A DNA stretch of 64,000 nucleotides from Pristiophorus japonicus (Eukaryota): positions 156,674,001 to 156,738,000 of the forward strand of contig NC_091990.1 in the NCBI RefSeq assembly GCF_044704955.1. Direction: 5' to 3'. Made by a program: the position numbers and the translations under genes. The notes below the pieces were generated by a model that saw only the letters and a program-made list of their open reading frames with translations, was not told where the DNA came from and did not search any database. Position 1 is the first letter of the stretch. Each line of letters starts with the position of its first letter. This document shows positions 50,251 to 63,577 of the stretch, in pieces.

Positions 50251-50935
50251 GGCTGGCAATTATGCTCGGAAGCTTCCTGTAGACAAATGCCTCCGATCCG
50301 CGAGAAAAGTACGCGCCTACCTGGTGCCTCCGGACACTCGCGGTCCTGGGCCTGCAGGTGCACGTATCCCGGGGGCGCATGCGGTTCACAAACATCCCTG
50401 GGAACACGCGAGTCGGCCAACCAATCACAAAGGGAATTCCCATTATGCTTATGCGGATTCCATTTACATATGGAATCTCCATAAGCATAATAGGAATCCC
50501 CTAAAAAACATTTTCACTGAACTTAAATAGGTTAAAAATTAATTAAAATACAATTTAATTAAAAATTTAAAACATTTTTTTTTGAAAAATAAATTTAAAC
50601 ATTTTTAAAAGGGGCTAAAAATGACCTAAACTAATTTAAAAAGGTGTCCTGAACGTTATTTTAACATTTATTTAAACCCTTTCGCTGGTAAAAGACGGCC
50701 TTACACCTGCTTTTACCAGGTATGGGAGTTCCGTGGGCATTCGCTGCGAAATAATTGGGCACATAGCCCAAATCTGCACAGCAAATGTCCATTTCCTGCG
50801 CATTCGTACGATTGGTCAAGCTGAAACTTGACAGATCGCAAGTTCTGGGTTTTCGTGTATGCAAATCGGAAACATGGAACGTGCAGGGCACTTACGACTT
50901 CTTGCGTGTCCCCAGAAAAAAAACAGGCCACAATT
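50251..50935. mobile_element. Harbinger-like MITE (10548 family, opposite orientation)
   Basis: Reverse-complement similarity to 20792-21430 (AAATGCCTCCGATC, GAATTCCCAT..GCTTATG, TTGGGCA). Confidence 0.6.
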
Positions 50936-52164
50936 TTATTTTTAATAAAGCACTCTTGTGGAATGCAGTTGTCAATATTGCCTTCTGCTTGTAATGTGTG
51001 GTTCAGATATCGGACTACGAACACGTTGTATTGCACAGCCGTAAATAGTGAAGTTTGATTTTGAAAACATTCTTGAATTATCAAACTTACCCTTTCATAC
51101 ATTGGCCTGAAACGAGTCAATCTTGGTCAAAATGCCCAATATTTTAAATCTCAGATGACAGCCAAAAGCACTGAACTGAAGTTTGCTATTCTCTTGCTGC
51201 TAATCTAACTTGCGACTTTCTGACACCAATTTGTGCATGCATCTCTGCACAGCATCTTCAAATTGAAAACAAGTAAATTAAAGTACAATCTTTTCAGATC
51301 AAAGTATCCTGGGGGCGAGGGGAGAGAAAGGGCCAGGAAAGCCTCTTCCGAGAAAGGAAATGAAGCAACATTTTAAGTGTATTTAAAGAACTACAATAGA
51401 TAACTTCCCCATACTTTTCAATGAGTCATCAATCCCCATTACCTTAATTTATAACTATCCTTCTATTAAAAGTCAACAACAAAATCAGCCAAGCCTTTTC
51501 CCTTTCTAGTATTACAATGAGTTGATAACTTTTTTTAAAAAGACTATCAAACTACGCTAAAATACTTACACATTTAGAAAAGACCAAGTTTCCAAGATGA
51601 GAACAAAAACTTAAAATATATCATCAACATCCAATTTGGTGCAGGTTCTCAGCACATCAAATTTGGACTTTTAACATGAAACAGATTTTTTTTTTAAACT
51701 TTCCTAAAATGAATGCAGCAGATTGGAAACATTGCAGCATACAGGTGTCCCTGATCAGTGCTCTAAAGAAATATCCAGAACTGTTCTTTTTAAAATGTTT
51801 TATAACCAAATAGAATTGTTCCAAATGAGTCCCAACCTCCACATTCCAACGCAATATCCTTTATCATTCCTTCTAATCATATTCTGGTACAACTGATCAT
51901 TTATATCAAATATGTAGAAATACACATCACCTAAACTTTTGTTGGTTCAAAGCCAATTAGAAGTGTGATTTGACAGCAGGAACACATTTTGCCTTTATAT
52001 ATTCAAATCATTTTAGCTTAAGGTAACAAATTAAATGTACTTTTCTAGTCATATTTACTGTACATAGTCAATCAGCACAAAACCTAGCTTTTAGTAACCT
52101 GGACAATATTTTCGTAAACTCATTTATCAAAGACATGGAAAGTATGCTGGATGAAGTTGGCTGG

Positions 52165-52570
52165 CAGAAGAACGAGAGGTGATCTTATCGAAACGTATAA
52201 GATTATGAGGAGGCTTGACAAGGTGGATGGAAAGAGGATGTTTCCACTGATGGGGGAGACTAGAACTAGAGGGCATAATCTTAGAATAAAGGGCCGCCCA
52301 TTTAAAACTGAGATGAGGAGGAATTTCTTCTCAGAGGGTTGTAAATCTGTGGAATTCACTGCCTCAGAGTTGTGGAAGCTGGGGCATTGAATAAATTTAA
52401 GACAAAGATAGACAGTTTCTTAACCGATAAGGGAATAAGGAGTTATGGAGAGCAGGCAGGGAAGTGGACCCGAGTCCATGATCGGATCAGCCACGATCGT
52501 ATTAAATGACGGAGCAGGCTCGAGGGGCCATATGTCCTACTCCTACTCCTACTTCTTATGTTCTTATGTA
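52165..52570 (+). mobile_element. CR1 LINE 3' fragment
   Basis: RGDLIETYKIMRRLDKVD...RTRGHNL and the 3' UTR. Confidence 0.9.
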
Positions 52571-53681
52571 AGTTGTACAACTTTTATGATCATTTATCGA
52601 ACACTTAAAAAGTGTCAATGTATAACACAAATATTCTTAAACAACTCCAATATGTTAAGCAATTATGGGTTGAAAGTTTTACTAAGACAATGGCACATCA
52701 TTAGAATGACAGTTGTGTAGTCATTGAAACCAATTCCTTTGTGAAACTTTACATAGTGATTGCTTAGAACAATATTGAACTAGACCCGATAATCAGAGTC
52801 TAAAAAGGTGGTGGTTCATATCATTTGTTTTTCTTAAAAAAAGTTCCAATTAAGTATTTCTTCAGAAGAGCCTTTTACATGGTTTTTATATTATAGAAGG
52901 GGACAAGAACACATCATGTAGGTTTGGAATGCTCCAGTAAAGGTTTAGTGAACCAGGTTTAGGTGACATTTCACTGTAACCTTGCTGTAACAGCACTAAC
53001 AAGGCTATTGTTTAAAATCACACTGCACTCGTACTGCAACAGAAGATATTAACTAAATAGTACTTGGCTATTGCACTGGAGGTTCAATTCCAGGAGACAA
53101 GTATAACAATCTTGGACCTTTAGTGGATGGTCCACTTAGAAATGTAATCATTATCGAAGAATGTTGAATTGCTGGAGATTAATATACAATCACTAAGTCC
53201 GACCACTAAAATGTATGTGTTTTTTTTAAAAAAAGGAAAAAAATCTACTGTGAGCATAAGTAAATTCTGGATTTTACTCACTTCTAGCAAATGCATGGTA
53301 CAGTTTTACCTTACTGCATCTGTCATAGTCTAGCGAACACCTTTAAATTATTAAAAGCAAATACTTTGCATTTATATAGCACCTTTCACATTCTCAAAAT
53401 GCCCCAAAGTACTTTGCAGTCAATTTGCACTTCAAAAAGTAACTGTCACTTATTTTATCGGCAAACATAGCAGCCAATTTGCACACAAGATTCCACAAAA
53501 CAGCATATGGCACAAGTGACTGCATTTTAAAACGGATGAACTGCTGAGGGAAAATACAAAGTTGGATACTTTTGAGGTCACAAGTGACAAACTTTATAAT
53601 GTCATGAGTGGATTTCAGCCAGTCAATAGTGGCAAACCCAAGGTTTAGATCATCCTGTGCCAATGATATACATTCAATTAC

Positions 53682-53853
53682 CTTCATTCCATTCTTTTCG
53701 ATGTTTTGTACAGATGACATTTTGCTCATTCCTTTTGTTAGGCTTTCTATGGTGAGGTCATTCTCCGGTAGAAAATACTGGTAAATATCATAGGTCAGCC
53801 TCCACCTGGTGTGAGCATCTGTCTTAACATCACAAGCAGGTGACAGCATTTGT
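53682..53853 (-). CDS. TM7SF3: TM7SF3 coding exon (probable exon 5, 172 bp)
   Basis: ttttatag|A ... AAG|gtaatt; (R)QMLSPACDVKTDAHTRWRLTYDIYQYFLPENDLTIESLTKGMSKMSSVQNIEKNGMK; RWRL.YD.YQYFLPENDL signature. Confidence 0.96.
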
Positions 53854-54139
53854 CTATAAAATGCAAGCAAAAAATATGTATATGTACTTCTCTGAACATT
53901 AAGTTTGCAGTTTGTTTGACTACATACTTTCAGTACAAATATGCAGTAGGAAAAATTGCATTGAATAATTAAGCTTTAGGCTTAAAAAAGACCAACACTT
54001 AGAAGCATCATATTTTTTGACTTTTCCCCATCCCCTTTGGAATTTGCAAGCCAGAAAACACTAGAATTCCTAGATTGCAAACTAATATAACCACTGGCTT
54101 TACCATACAGCATTTCCACACGTGAACAACCAATAAGTG

Positions 54140-54430
54140 CATCAAAACCACAACCTGCACCACCTAGATAGACAAGGGCAGCAGGCGCATGGGAACACCT
54201 TCAAGTTCCCCACCAAGTCACACACTATCCTGACTTGGAGATATTTCATCGTTCCTTCATCGTCATTGGGTCAAAATCTTGGAACTCCCTCCCCAACAGC
54301 ACTGTGGGAATACCTTCACCACACTGACTGCAGCAGTTCAAGAAGGCAGTTCACCACCACCTTCTCAAGGGTAATTAGGGATGGATAATGAATGCTGACC
54401 TCGTCAGCGATGCCCATATCCCAAGAATAT
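54140..54430 (+). mobile_element. LINE (CR1-group) 3' fragment
   Basis: HTILTWRYFIVPSSSLGQNLGTP-type 3' region ending GATGCCCATATCCC. Confidence 0.6.
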
Positions 54431-54576
54431 TTAAAGAAGCACATTTACACAGCTCGAAAGCACAATACCAGAGTTGCATGAGTTCATAGCTAGCACTGAA
54501 AGGCAACAATTTTTCTCATTCCCATTTGCAAAATAAAAAAATATCCAGTCACCTTAAAAACAACAAAAGGGTACTC

Positions 54577-54946
54577 GGAGAGCACCAGTTCCAACTGTCA
54601 CAGGACGGGAGGGTGGAGAGCACCAGTTCCAACTGTCACAGGACGGGAGGGTGGAGAGCACCAGTTCCAACGGTCACAGGACGGGAGGGTGGAGAGCACC
54701 AGTTCCAACTGTCACAGGACGGGAGAGTGGAGAGCACCAGTTCCAACTGTCACAGGATGGGAGAATGGAGAGCACCAGCTCCAATTGTCACAGGACGGGA
54801 GAGTGGAGAGCACCAGTTCCAATTGTCACAGGACAGGAGAGTGGAGAGCACCAGTTCCCACTGTCACAGGAGAGAGAGTGGAGAGCACCAGTTCCCATTG
54901 TCACAGGATGGGAGAGTGGAGAGCACCAGTTCAAACTGTCACAGGA
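54577..54946. repeat. 38-bp minisatellite, about 10 copies
   Basis: Unit GGAGAGCACCAGTTCCAACTGTCACAGGACGGGAG(G/A)GT. Confidence 0.95.
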
Positions 54947-55129
54947 GCATCCAGTCGTGCCCCGGTAACTGCCCCCAAAGGAAATGGAGTGGGAGAAATT
55001 GCACTCCGCTTCCATTGAGGGGTGGCAAGGCCAATTCTGTGGCAGGAGCAGGACTTCCACGCTGGGGGCTAAAATTCCCTGCCCCAGAAGGTTACCACCC
55101 CCAAGATGGGAGCCTATGTGGGGAGGCAG

Positions 55130-55841
55130 AGGGAGGTTGAGGGGAGACGGGGGCAGGGGATGGAGGGGAGAGTGGTGGCGGTGGGGGGGGTGGAGAAACC
55201 CAGGGCGGGGGACAGGAGGGGCCACATTGCAACAGAGGTCTGGGGGGGGTGAAGTGTGTTGCAGGGTGGGCCTGGGGGCTCTGTGCCTCGGTGCAGGGAG
55301 TGTTCAGAGTGGGGTGGACGGGTTGACTGCACAGATGGCGGTTGGTGGATGTGGTGTGGTTGGCGTCGCGGGGGTGTGGCTCCGTGGTGGCCGGGGCTGG
55401 GGGCTCGACATCCGGGGGTGTTCGGCATTTGGGAAGGATTCTGACGGGACGGGGTGGGTTGGGTGCGGGGGGAGTGTTCCCGGTGTTGGGTGTTTCCGGA
55501 GCCGGGGGTGGGGGGGGGGCACGCTCTTGGGATGGGGGGTGGGCTGTTTGGGGATATGTAGAGACTTCTTCACTCGGGGAGTTGTTGGCCTGTGGGGTTC
55601 CCTGCCGCCGAGAGTTGTTGATGCCAGTTCAGTGGATGTGTTCGGGAGGGAGTTGGATGTGGTCCTTGCGGCTGGGGTGGGGGGGGGGGGGGGGGGTCGG
55701 TGGGTGTGGAGGGGTCGTGGGGGTGGGGGGGGGGGGGGGGAGGTGCTGGGGTGGGTGATCAGCCATGATCTTGTTGAATGGTGGTGCAGGCTCGAGGGGC
55801 CGAATGGCCGACTCCTGCACCTAGTTTCTATGTTTCTATGT
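55130..55841 (+). mobile_element. Internally deleted CR1 copy with pervasive A-to-G substitution
   Basis: The start of ORF2 (endonuclease) is joined at ~55436-55440 to the CR1 3' end. It aligns to in-window CR1 copies largely via A>G changes; the (GTTTCTAT)n tail is intact. Confidence 0.85.
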
Positions 55842-55951
55842 ACTGGAAGAAATTACACTGAAAGAAAGTCACAGAAAAATAGGATCACTTCCAGTAGACA
55901 CTTCAAATTCATATCATTGTTAGTTACTGACTGTCCATGTTGCTGGCTTAC

Positions 55952-56072
55952 CTCGCTGTACCCAAGTTAGCCGGAGCAAACAGAACAGCAGTTTCATAAA
56001 TATTGTACATCAAGTGCAGGTTTGGGTCATTTTCTAAGACAAACTCTGTGTTGCAGGCACCGGGAACAGGAT
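55952..56072 (-). CDS. TM7SF3: TM7SF3 coding exon (probable exon 4, 121 bp)
   Basis: cttttcag|AT ... GCGAG|gtaagc; (D)PVPGACNTEFVLENDPNLHLMYNIYETAVLFAPANLGTA(R); PVPG.CN.EF and FAPANLG motifs. Confidence 0.96.
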
Positions 56073-56183
56073 CTGAAAAGGGGATGGAGGGGGGAGGGGT
56101 GAAGAAGAATCAGTGCTATTATTCTATAAAGATCTATCCATTGAACATTTTTTTTTCTTCAAAAGTCACATTCCTCAAATACT

Positions 56184-56366
56184 GGGGGTGAAACTGAACT
56201 GTGGCCGGGGTCCAAAACAGGCAATAGCACAAAATAGTCAATAGCACATCGCCCACCTGTTATACACACCATCTGATTTTCCTTTCCGTTGGCTTCATTC
56301 GAGGGTGCGTAATGAGCTGCCGATCTGCTATTGCCTGTTTTGTGCTCCGAAGTTGAATTTCATCCC
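56184..56366. mobile_element. Short Harbinger-like MITE
   Basis: TIRs GGGTGAAACTGAACT / AGTTGAATTTCATCCC. Confidence 0.65.
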
Positions 56367-56464
56367 AGTTTTTTTAAACTTTTGGAACAGCTACTTTACG
56401 AGTAAACCAATATCCTATTTTACCTTACTGTACAGTGCAAGGACTTCCTTAAGTATTTCCATTT

Positions 56465-57030
56465 GATTACATGGGATTACATAGGACATACGCCACAGAA
56501 ACAGGCAATTCTGCCCAACCAGTCCATGCCGGTGATTATGCTCCACTTGAGCCTCCTCCAGTCTTTCCTCATCTAAATCTATCCACATAACCCTCTATTT
56601 CCTTCCCCCTCATATGTTTGTCCAGCCTCCCCTTAAATGCATCTATACTATTTGCTTTTCAACCGCTACCTATGGTAGCGAGTTCCACATTCTCACCACT
56701 CTTTGGGTAAAGAATTGTCTTCTGAATTCCCTACTGGATTTCTTGGTGACTATCTTATATTGATGGCCTCTAGTTATGCTCTTCCCCACAAGTGGAAATA
56801 TTGTCTCTGTATCCACTCTATCAAAACCTCTCATAATTTTAAAGACCTCTATTAGGTCACCCCTCAGCCTTCTTTTTTCAAGAAAAAAAAAAAAGAGACC
56901 CAGCCTATTCATCCTTTCCTGATATGTACACCCTCACATTTCTGGTATCATCCCTTTAAATCTTCTCTGCACCCTCTCCAGTGCCTCTGGATCTTTTTTT
57001 AAAATAATATGACAACTAGAATTGTACGTA
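56465..57030 (-). mobile_element. CR1 3' fragment (same subfamily as 8975-10545)
   Basis: LEKRRLRGDLIEVFKIMRGFDRVD; GATTACAT tail. Confidence 0.88.
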
Positions 57031-58489
57031 GTTGAATTTAGAAAGGCATTTCAAATTACCATCAGACTTCAATGACAGCAGGTTCATAAGTAACTCACAT
57101 TCACAGAATGGTCACGACAAAAAAAAAAAACCTTATATTTATATTGCACATTGAATGTAGCAAAACATCCCAATGCCCTAATGATGAGGCTGTGACTGAA
57201 ATTACAGTCATAAAGACAGGTTTAAGGAGGCTTTTGAAGGTGGGTTGGATGTTGCATGGTGGAGATTTAAAAGAGTGTGAACAAGTTAACTGAAAGCTTG
57301 GCTACTAACAGTGGAGTGGAAAAAGTGCAGAACACTCAACAGACTAAAGGTACAGAATGAGATGTAGTGTTGGAGAAAGATGGAGAGGTAGGGTCGAGTG
57401 AGACCATGAAGGGATTTGAAGAGAAGGGCGAGAATTTCCAAGATTCCTACATTGTATAGTGAGCGCTCTGGAAGCTGATTCTAAACAAGTCACCATGCTT
57501 TATCACTCAGGAAGAAACTGTTGTACCGGTGCAGAGTTAATATTAGACTTAGTAAATAGTGGTCGTCACACAGAACTAATTATAGAACCAGGATTAATAC
57601 AAGTGTTTTATAATACACCCTGTAAGGAGCCATCCATTAGTTATCACGCAACGATATTACAGGTGGGTGACAGGAAAGAGAAGAGAGCAATCAAAAATTT
57701 ACATTCAAGGTAATTTAATTGTAAAAATGTACACTTGAGGGTAGGAGGTAAATAAAAAAAACATAAATTCTTCATAGTCATACATTAGGTGGGACAAAAT
57801 TTGTTCTCCGTGGTGGATGAACGTCACCAGCCATTCATTACACCTGCACTTGCCCATAGACTTTTTGTGGGCATTGGCACTCAAAGTTGCTGTCAGTCAA
57901 CAATCCAAAAAGCAGTGCCCTCTACAGAGCATCTGGGACCTGTGTGAACTGTGTATCTTCTTAACCAATCAGATTGAAGAATCGTTAATGAGCAGCAGAG
58001 TCTAAACCAGGAAGTATCATTTAGAATAGTGAATTCAATGTCAAATCAGATACAGAAAGCAAAAGAGAGGAAAGATTATATTGAGAGAGAATAAAGAGGA
58101 ATTTAAAAAAAATTTCTTTTTAAATCTCCAAGTATAATTAAAATCTGAAGGAATGAGACTCCATACTTATAAAACTAAACTTTCAGAGCCAGAATGTTTG
58201 TTTGGCAGTAATTAAGACTTATCACACATTTAAAAGGGTACTTACACTGTAATGGACACATCCTAACTTTTGTGGGCAAGTTTAGTCCGCATCTATTAAG
58301 TAAGCACTCACTGCTCATTGTGGGTGACATTTTTGCTTCTTTCCTTTGGATAAGTAAGAAGTTGGAAGAAGAGCATCAACAGCAACTTGCATTTATATTG
58401 CACCTTTAATATAGTAAAATGTCCCAAGGCGCTTCACAGAGGAGTTAGCAATCAAAATTGGACACCGAGCCACATAAGGAGGCAGACAG

Positions 58490-61400
58490 AAAGCAGGGAA
58501 GTATAGACCAGTTAGCTTAACATCTGTCGCTGGGAAAATGCTGGAGTCCATTATTAAGGAAGCAGTAGCAGGACATTTGGAAAAGCATGATTCAACATGG
58601 TTTTATGAAGGGGATGTCATGTTTGACAAATTTGCTGGAGTTCTTTAAGGATGTAATGAGCAGGGTGGATAAGGGGGGACCAGTGGATGTGGTGTATTTG
58701 GACTTCCAGAAGGCTTGCACAAGATAAAAGTTCACAGGGTTGGGAGTAATATATTAACATGGAGAGAGGATTGGCTAACTAACAGAAAACAGAGAGTCGA
58801 GATTAAGACGTCATTTTCCGGTTGGTAAACAGTAACTAGTGGGAGGCCGCAGAGATCAGTGCTGGGGCCTCAACTATTTACAATCTATATTAATGACTTG
58901 GATGAAGGAACTGAGTGTAATGTAGCCAAATTTTCTGATGATACAAAGATGGGTGGGAGAGCAAATTGTAAGGAGGTCACAATAAATCTGCAAAGGGATA
59001 CAGACAGGCGAGGTGAGTGGGCAATGATTTGGCAGATAGAAACATAGAAACATAGAAAATAGGTGCAGGAGTGGGCCATTCGGCCCTTCTAGCCTGCACC
59101 ATCATTCAATGAGTTCATGGCTGAACATGCAACTTCAGTACCCCATTCCTGCTTTCTCACTTTACCCCTTGATTCCCCTAGTAGTAAGGACTTCATCTAA
59201 CTCCTTTTTGAATATATTTAGTGAATTGGCCTCAACAACTTTCTGTGGTAGAGAAATTCCTCCTCATCTCAGTCCTAAATGGCTCCCCCCTTATCCTTAG
59301 ACTGTGTCCCCTGGTTTTGGACTTCCCCAACATTGGGAACATTCTTCCTGCATCTAACCTGTCTAACCCCGTCAGAATTTTAAACGTTTCTATGAGGTCC
59401 CCTCTCATTCTTCTGAACGCCAGTGAATACAAGCCCAGTTGATCCAGTCTTTCTTGATAGGTCAGTCCCGCCATCCCAGGAATCAGTCTGGTGAACCTTC
59501 GCTGCACTCCCTCAATAGCAAGAATGTCCTTCCTCAGGTTAGGAGACCAAAACTGTACACAATACTCCAGGTGTGGCCTCACCAAGGCCCTGTACAATTG
59601 TAGCAACACCTCCCTGCCCTTGTACTCAAATCCCCTCGCTATGAAGGCAAACATGCCATTTGCTTTCTTAACCGCCTGCTGTACCTGCATGCCAACCTTC
59701 AATGACTGATGTACCATGACACCCAGGTCTCTTTGCACCTCCCCTTTTCCTAATCTGTCACCATTCAGATAATAGTCTGTCTCTCTGTTTTTACCACCAA
59801 AGTGGATAACCTCACATTTATCCACATTATACTTCATCTGCCATGCATTTGCCCACTCACCTAACCTATCCAAGTCGCTCTGCAGCCTCATAGCATCCTC
59901 CTCACAGCTCACACTGCCACCCAACTTAGTGTCATCCGCAAATTTGGAGATACTACATTTAATCCCCTCGTCTAAATCATTAATGTACAGTGTAAACAGC
60001 TGGGGCCCCAGCACAGAACCTTGCAGTACCCCACTAGTCACTGCCTACCATTCTGAAAAGTCCCCATTTACTCCTACTCTTTGCTTCCTGTCTGACAACC
60101 AGTTCTCAATCCATGTCAGCACACTACCCCCAATCCCATGTGCTTTAACTTTGCACATTAATCTCTTGTGTGGGACCTTGTCGAAAGCCTTCTGAAAGTC
60201 CAAATATACCACATCAACTGGTTCTCCCTTGTCCACTCTACTGGAAACATCCTCAAAAAATTCCAGAAGATTTGTCAAGCATGATTTCCCTTTCACAAAT
60301 CCATGCTGACTTGGACCTATCATATTACCTCTTTCCAAATGCACTGCTATGACATCCTTAATAATTGATTCCATCATTTTACCCACTACTGATGTCAGGC
60401 TGACCTGTCTATAATTCCCTGTTTTCTCTCTCCCTCCTTTTTTAAAAAGTGGGGTTACATTGGCTACCCTCCACTCCATAGGAACTGATCCAGAGTCAAT
60501 GGAATGTTGGAAAATGACTGTCAATGCATCCACTATTTCCAAGGCCACCTCCTTAAGTACTCTGGGATGCAGTCCATCAGGCCCTGGGGATTTATCGGCC
60601 TTCAATCCCATCAATTTCCCCAACACAATTTCCCGACTAATAAGGATTTCCCTCAGTTCCTCCTCCTTACTAGACCCTCCGACCCCTTTTATATCCGGAA
60701 GGTTGTTTGTGTCCTCCTCAGTGAATACCGAACCAAAGTACTTGTTCAATTGGTCCGCCATTTCTTTGTTCCCCGTTATGACTTCCCCTGATTCTGACTG
60801 CAGGGGACCTACGTTTGTCTTTACTAACCTTTTTCTCTTTACATATCTATAGAAACTTTTGCAATCCGTCTTAATGTTCCCTGCAAGCTTCTTCTCGTAC
60901 TCCATTTTCCCTGCCCTAATCAAACCCTTTGTCCTCCTCTGCTGAGTTCTAAATTTCTCCCAGTCCCCGGATTCGCTGCTATTTCTGGCCAATTTGTATG
61001 CCACTTCCTTGGCTTTAATGCTATCCCTGATTTCCCTTGATAGCCACGGTTGAGCCACCTTCCCTTTTTTATTTTTACGACAGACAGGAATGTACAATTG
61101 TTGTAGTTCATCCATGCGGTCTCTAAATGTCTGCCATTGCCTATCCACAGTCAACCCCTTCAGTATCATTTGCCAATCTATCCTAGCCAATTCACGCCTC
61201 ATACCTTCAAAGTTACCCTTCTTTAAGTTCTGGACCATGGTCTCTGAATTAACTGTTTCATTCTCCATCCTAATGCAGAATTCCACCATATTATGGTCAC
61301 TCTTCCCCAAGGGGCCTCGCACAACGAGATTGCTAATTAATCCTCTCTCATTACACAACACCCAGTCTAAGATGGCCTCCCCCCTAGTTGGTTCCTCGAC

Positions 61401-63125
61401 ATATTGGTCTAAAAAACCATCCCTTATGCACTCCAGGAAATCCTCCTCTACCGTATTGCTTCCAGTTTGGTTAACCCAATCTATGTGCATATTAAAGTCA
61501 CCCATTATAACTGCTGCACCTTTATTGCACGCACCCCTAATTTCATGTTTGATGCCCTCCCCAACATCACTACTACTGTTTGGAGGTCTGTACACAACTC
61601 CCACTAACGTTTTTTGTCCTTTGGTATTCTGCAGCTCTACCCATATAGATTCCACATCATCCAAGCTAATGTCCTTCCGAACTATTGCCTTAATTTGCTC
61701 CTTAACCAGCAATGCTACCCCACCTCCTTTTCCTTTTATTCTATCTTTCCTGAATGTTGAATACCCCTGGATGTTGAGTTCCCAGCCCTGATCATCCTGG
61801 AGCCACGTCTCCGTAATCCCAATCACATCATATTTGTTAACATCTATTTGCACAATTAATTCATCCACTTTATTGCAGATACTCCTTGCATTAAGACACA
61901 AAGCCTTCAGGCTTGTTCTTTTAACACCCTTTGTCCTTTTAAAATTTTGCTGTACAGTGGCCCTTTTTGTTCTTTGTCTTGGGTTTCTCTGCCCTCCACT
62001 TTTCCTCATCTCCTTTCTGTCTTTTGCTTTTGCCTCCTTTTTGTTTCCCTCTGTCTCCCTGCATTGGTTCCCATCCCCCTGCCATATCAGTTTAAATCCT
62101 CCCCAACAGCACTAGCAAACACTCCCCCTAGGACATTGGTTCCGGTCCTGCCCAGGTGCAGACCGTCCGGTTTGTACTGGTCCCACCTCCCCCAGAACTG
62201 GTTCCAATGCCCCAGGAATTTGAATCCCTCCCTGTTGCACCACTGCTCAAGCCACGTATTCATCTGCGCTATCCTGCGATTCCTACTCTGACTATCATGT
62301 GGCACTGGTAGCAATCCCGAGATGCCCTATAGTGTGGGAAAATGAGAGGTTATCCACTTCGGCAGAAAAAAATAGAAAAACAAATAATAATTTAAATGCA
62401 GAAAAAATGCAAAGTGCAGCAGTACAGCGGGACCTGGGGGTCCTTGTACATGAAACACAAAACGTTAGTATGCAGGTACAGCAAGTGATCAGGAAGGCAA
62501 ATGGAATAGTAGCCTTTATTGCAAAGGAGCTGGAGTATAAAAGCAGACAAGTCCTGCTACAACTGTACAGCGCATTGGTGAGGCCACACCTGGAGTAATG
62601 TGTATAGTTTTGATCTCCATATTTAAGGAAGGATATACTTGCAATGGAGGCTGTTCAGAGAAGGTTCACTAGGTTGATTCTGGAGATGAGGGGGTTGACT
62701 TATGAAGATAGGTTGAGCCTATACACATTGGAGTTCAGAAGATCTTATCAAAACATATAAGGTAATGAGGGGGCTCGACAAGGTGGATGCAGAGAGGATA
62801 TTTCCACTCATAGAGGAAACTAAAACTAGGGGGCATAGTCTCAGGATAAGGGGCCGCCCATTTAAAACTGAGATGAGGAGGAATTTCTTCTCTCAGAGGG
62901 TTGTAAGTCTGTGGAATTCTCTGTCCCAGAGAGCTGTGGAGACTGGGTCATTGAATATATTTATGGCGGAGATAGACAGATTTTTAGGCAATAAGGGAAT
63001 AAGGAGTTATGGGGAGCGGACAGGGGAGCTGAGTCCATGATCAGATCAGCCATGATCTTATTGAATGGCAGAGCAGGCTCGAGGTGCAAAATGGCATACT
63101 CCTGCTACTATTTCTTATGTTCTTT
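58490..63125 (+). mobile_element. CR1 fragment (58490-59035 and 62325-63125) split by a younger antisense CR1
   Basis: RT reads ...GEWAMIWQ and resumes at ~62325 with the following (Y)SVGK-EVIHFG region through to the 3' UTR. Confidence 0.88.
59036..62320 (-). mobile_element. Young, nearly complete CR1 LINE: end of ORF1 (SGNH esterase-like) plus ORF2 (APE + RT)
   Basis: ORF1 tail 62087-62314 (PDGLHL); ORF2 60045-62009 plus 59232-60041, separated by one in-frame TAG; small deletion near the 3' end; (ATAGAAAC)n tail. Confidence 0.97.
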
Positions 63126-63444
63126 TAAGGAGCTCTTATGACAAGTGGTCAAAAATGTGGTCAAAAGAGGTAGGTTTTAAGAATCTTAAAGAGAGAGAGG
63201 TAGAGAGGCAGAGAGGATTAGGGATAGAATTTCAGAGCTTAGGGCCCAGAGAACGGAGGGCATGGTTGCTAGTAGTGGGGGGAGCAAAACTGGGGATGCG
63301 CAAAAGGCCAGAAGTGGAGGAGTGCAGAGACATGGAGGTTGTAGGTCCGAAGGAGGTTGGAGGGATTTGAACACAGATGAAAATTTTTAATTCGAAGCAT
63401 TGCTGAACCGTAAGCGAAAGTAGATCAGCAAGCACAGGGGTGAA

Positions 63445-63577
63445 CAATCACCCTACATCAATTGTGAGATCCCATGGAGGCCGCTCACCACCGCTGCTGC
63501 TGGAAGAGATACCATGCACAGCCGCACAACAAATTTAAAGGGCCTGTGCAGGGAAAAAAACATTGGAGGGAACATTG
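63445..63577. mobile_element. hAT-type MITE (same right end as 3301-3427)
   Basis: CAATCACCC ... GGGAACATTG with a degenerate 8-bp TSD GGGGTGAA/GGGCTGAG. Confidence 0.5.

Noticed and set aside
54526-55140. Repetitive ORFs or a CRISPR-like array
   Set aside because: These are head-to-tail 38-bp units without unique spacers in eukaryotic DNA; the ORFs simply cycle through the three frames of the repeat.
54984-55970. 328-aa Gly-rich ORF
   Set aside because: It is a by-product of A-to-G change removing stop codons in a CR1 copy, not a gene.
57459-57713. Candidate further TM7SF3 exon or separate ORF
   Set aside because: No TM7SF3-like translation with compatible splice sites was found on either strand; the upstream exons probably lie beyond the window.
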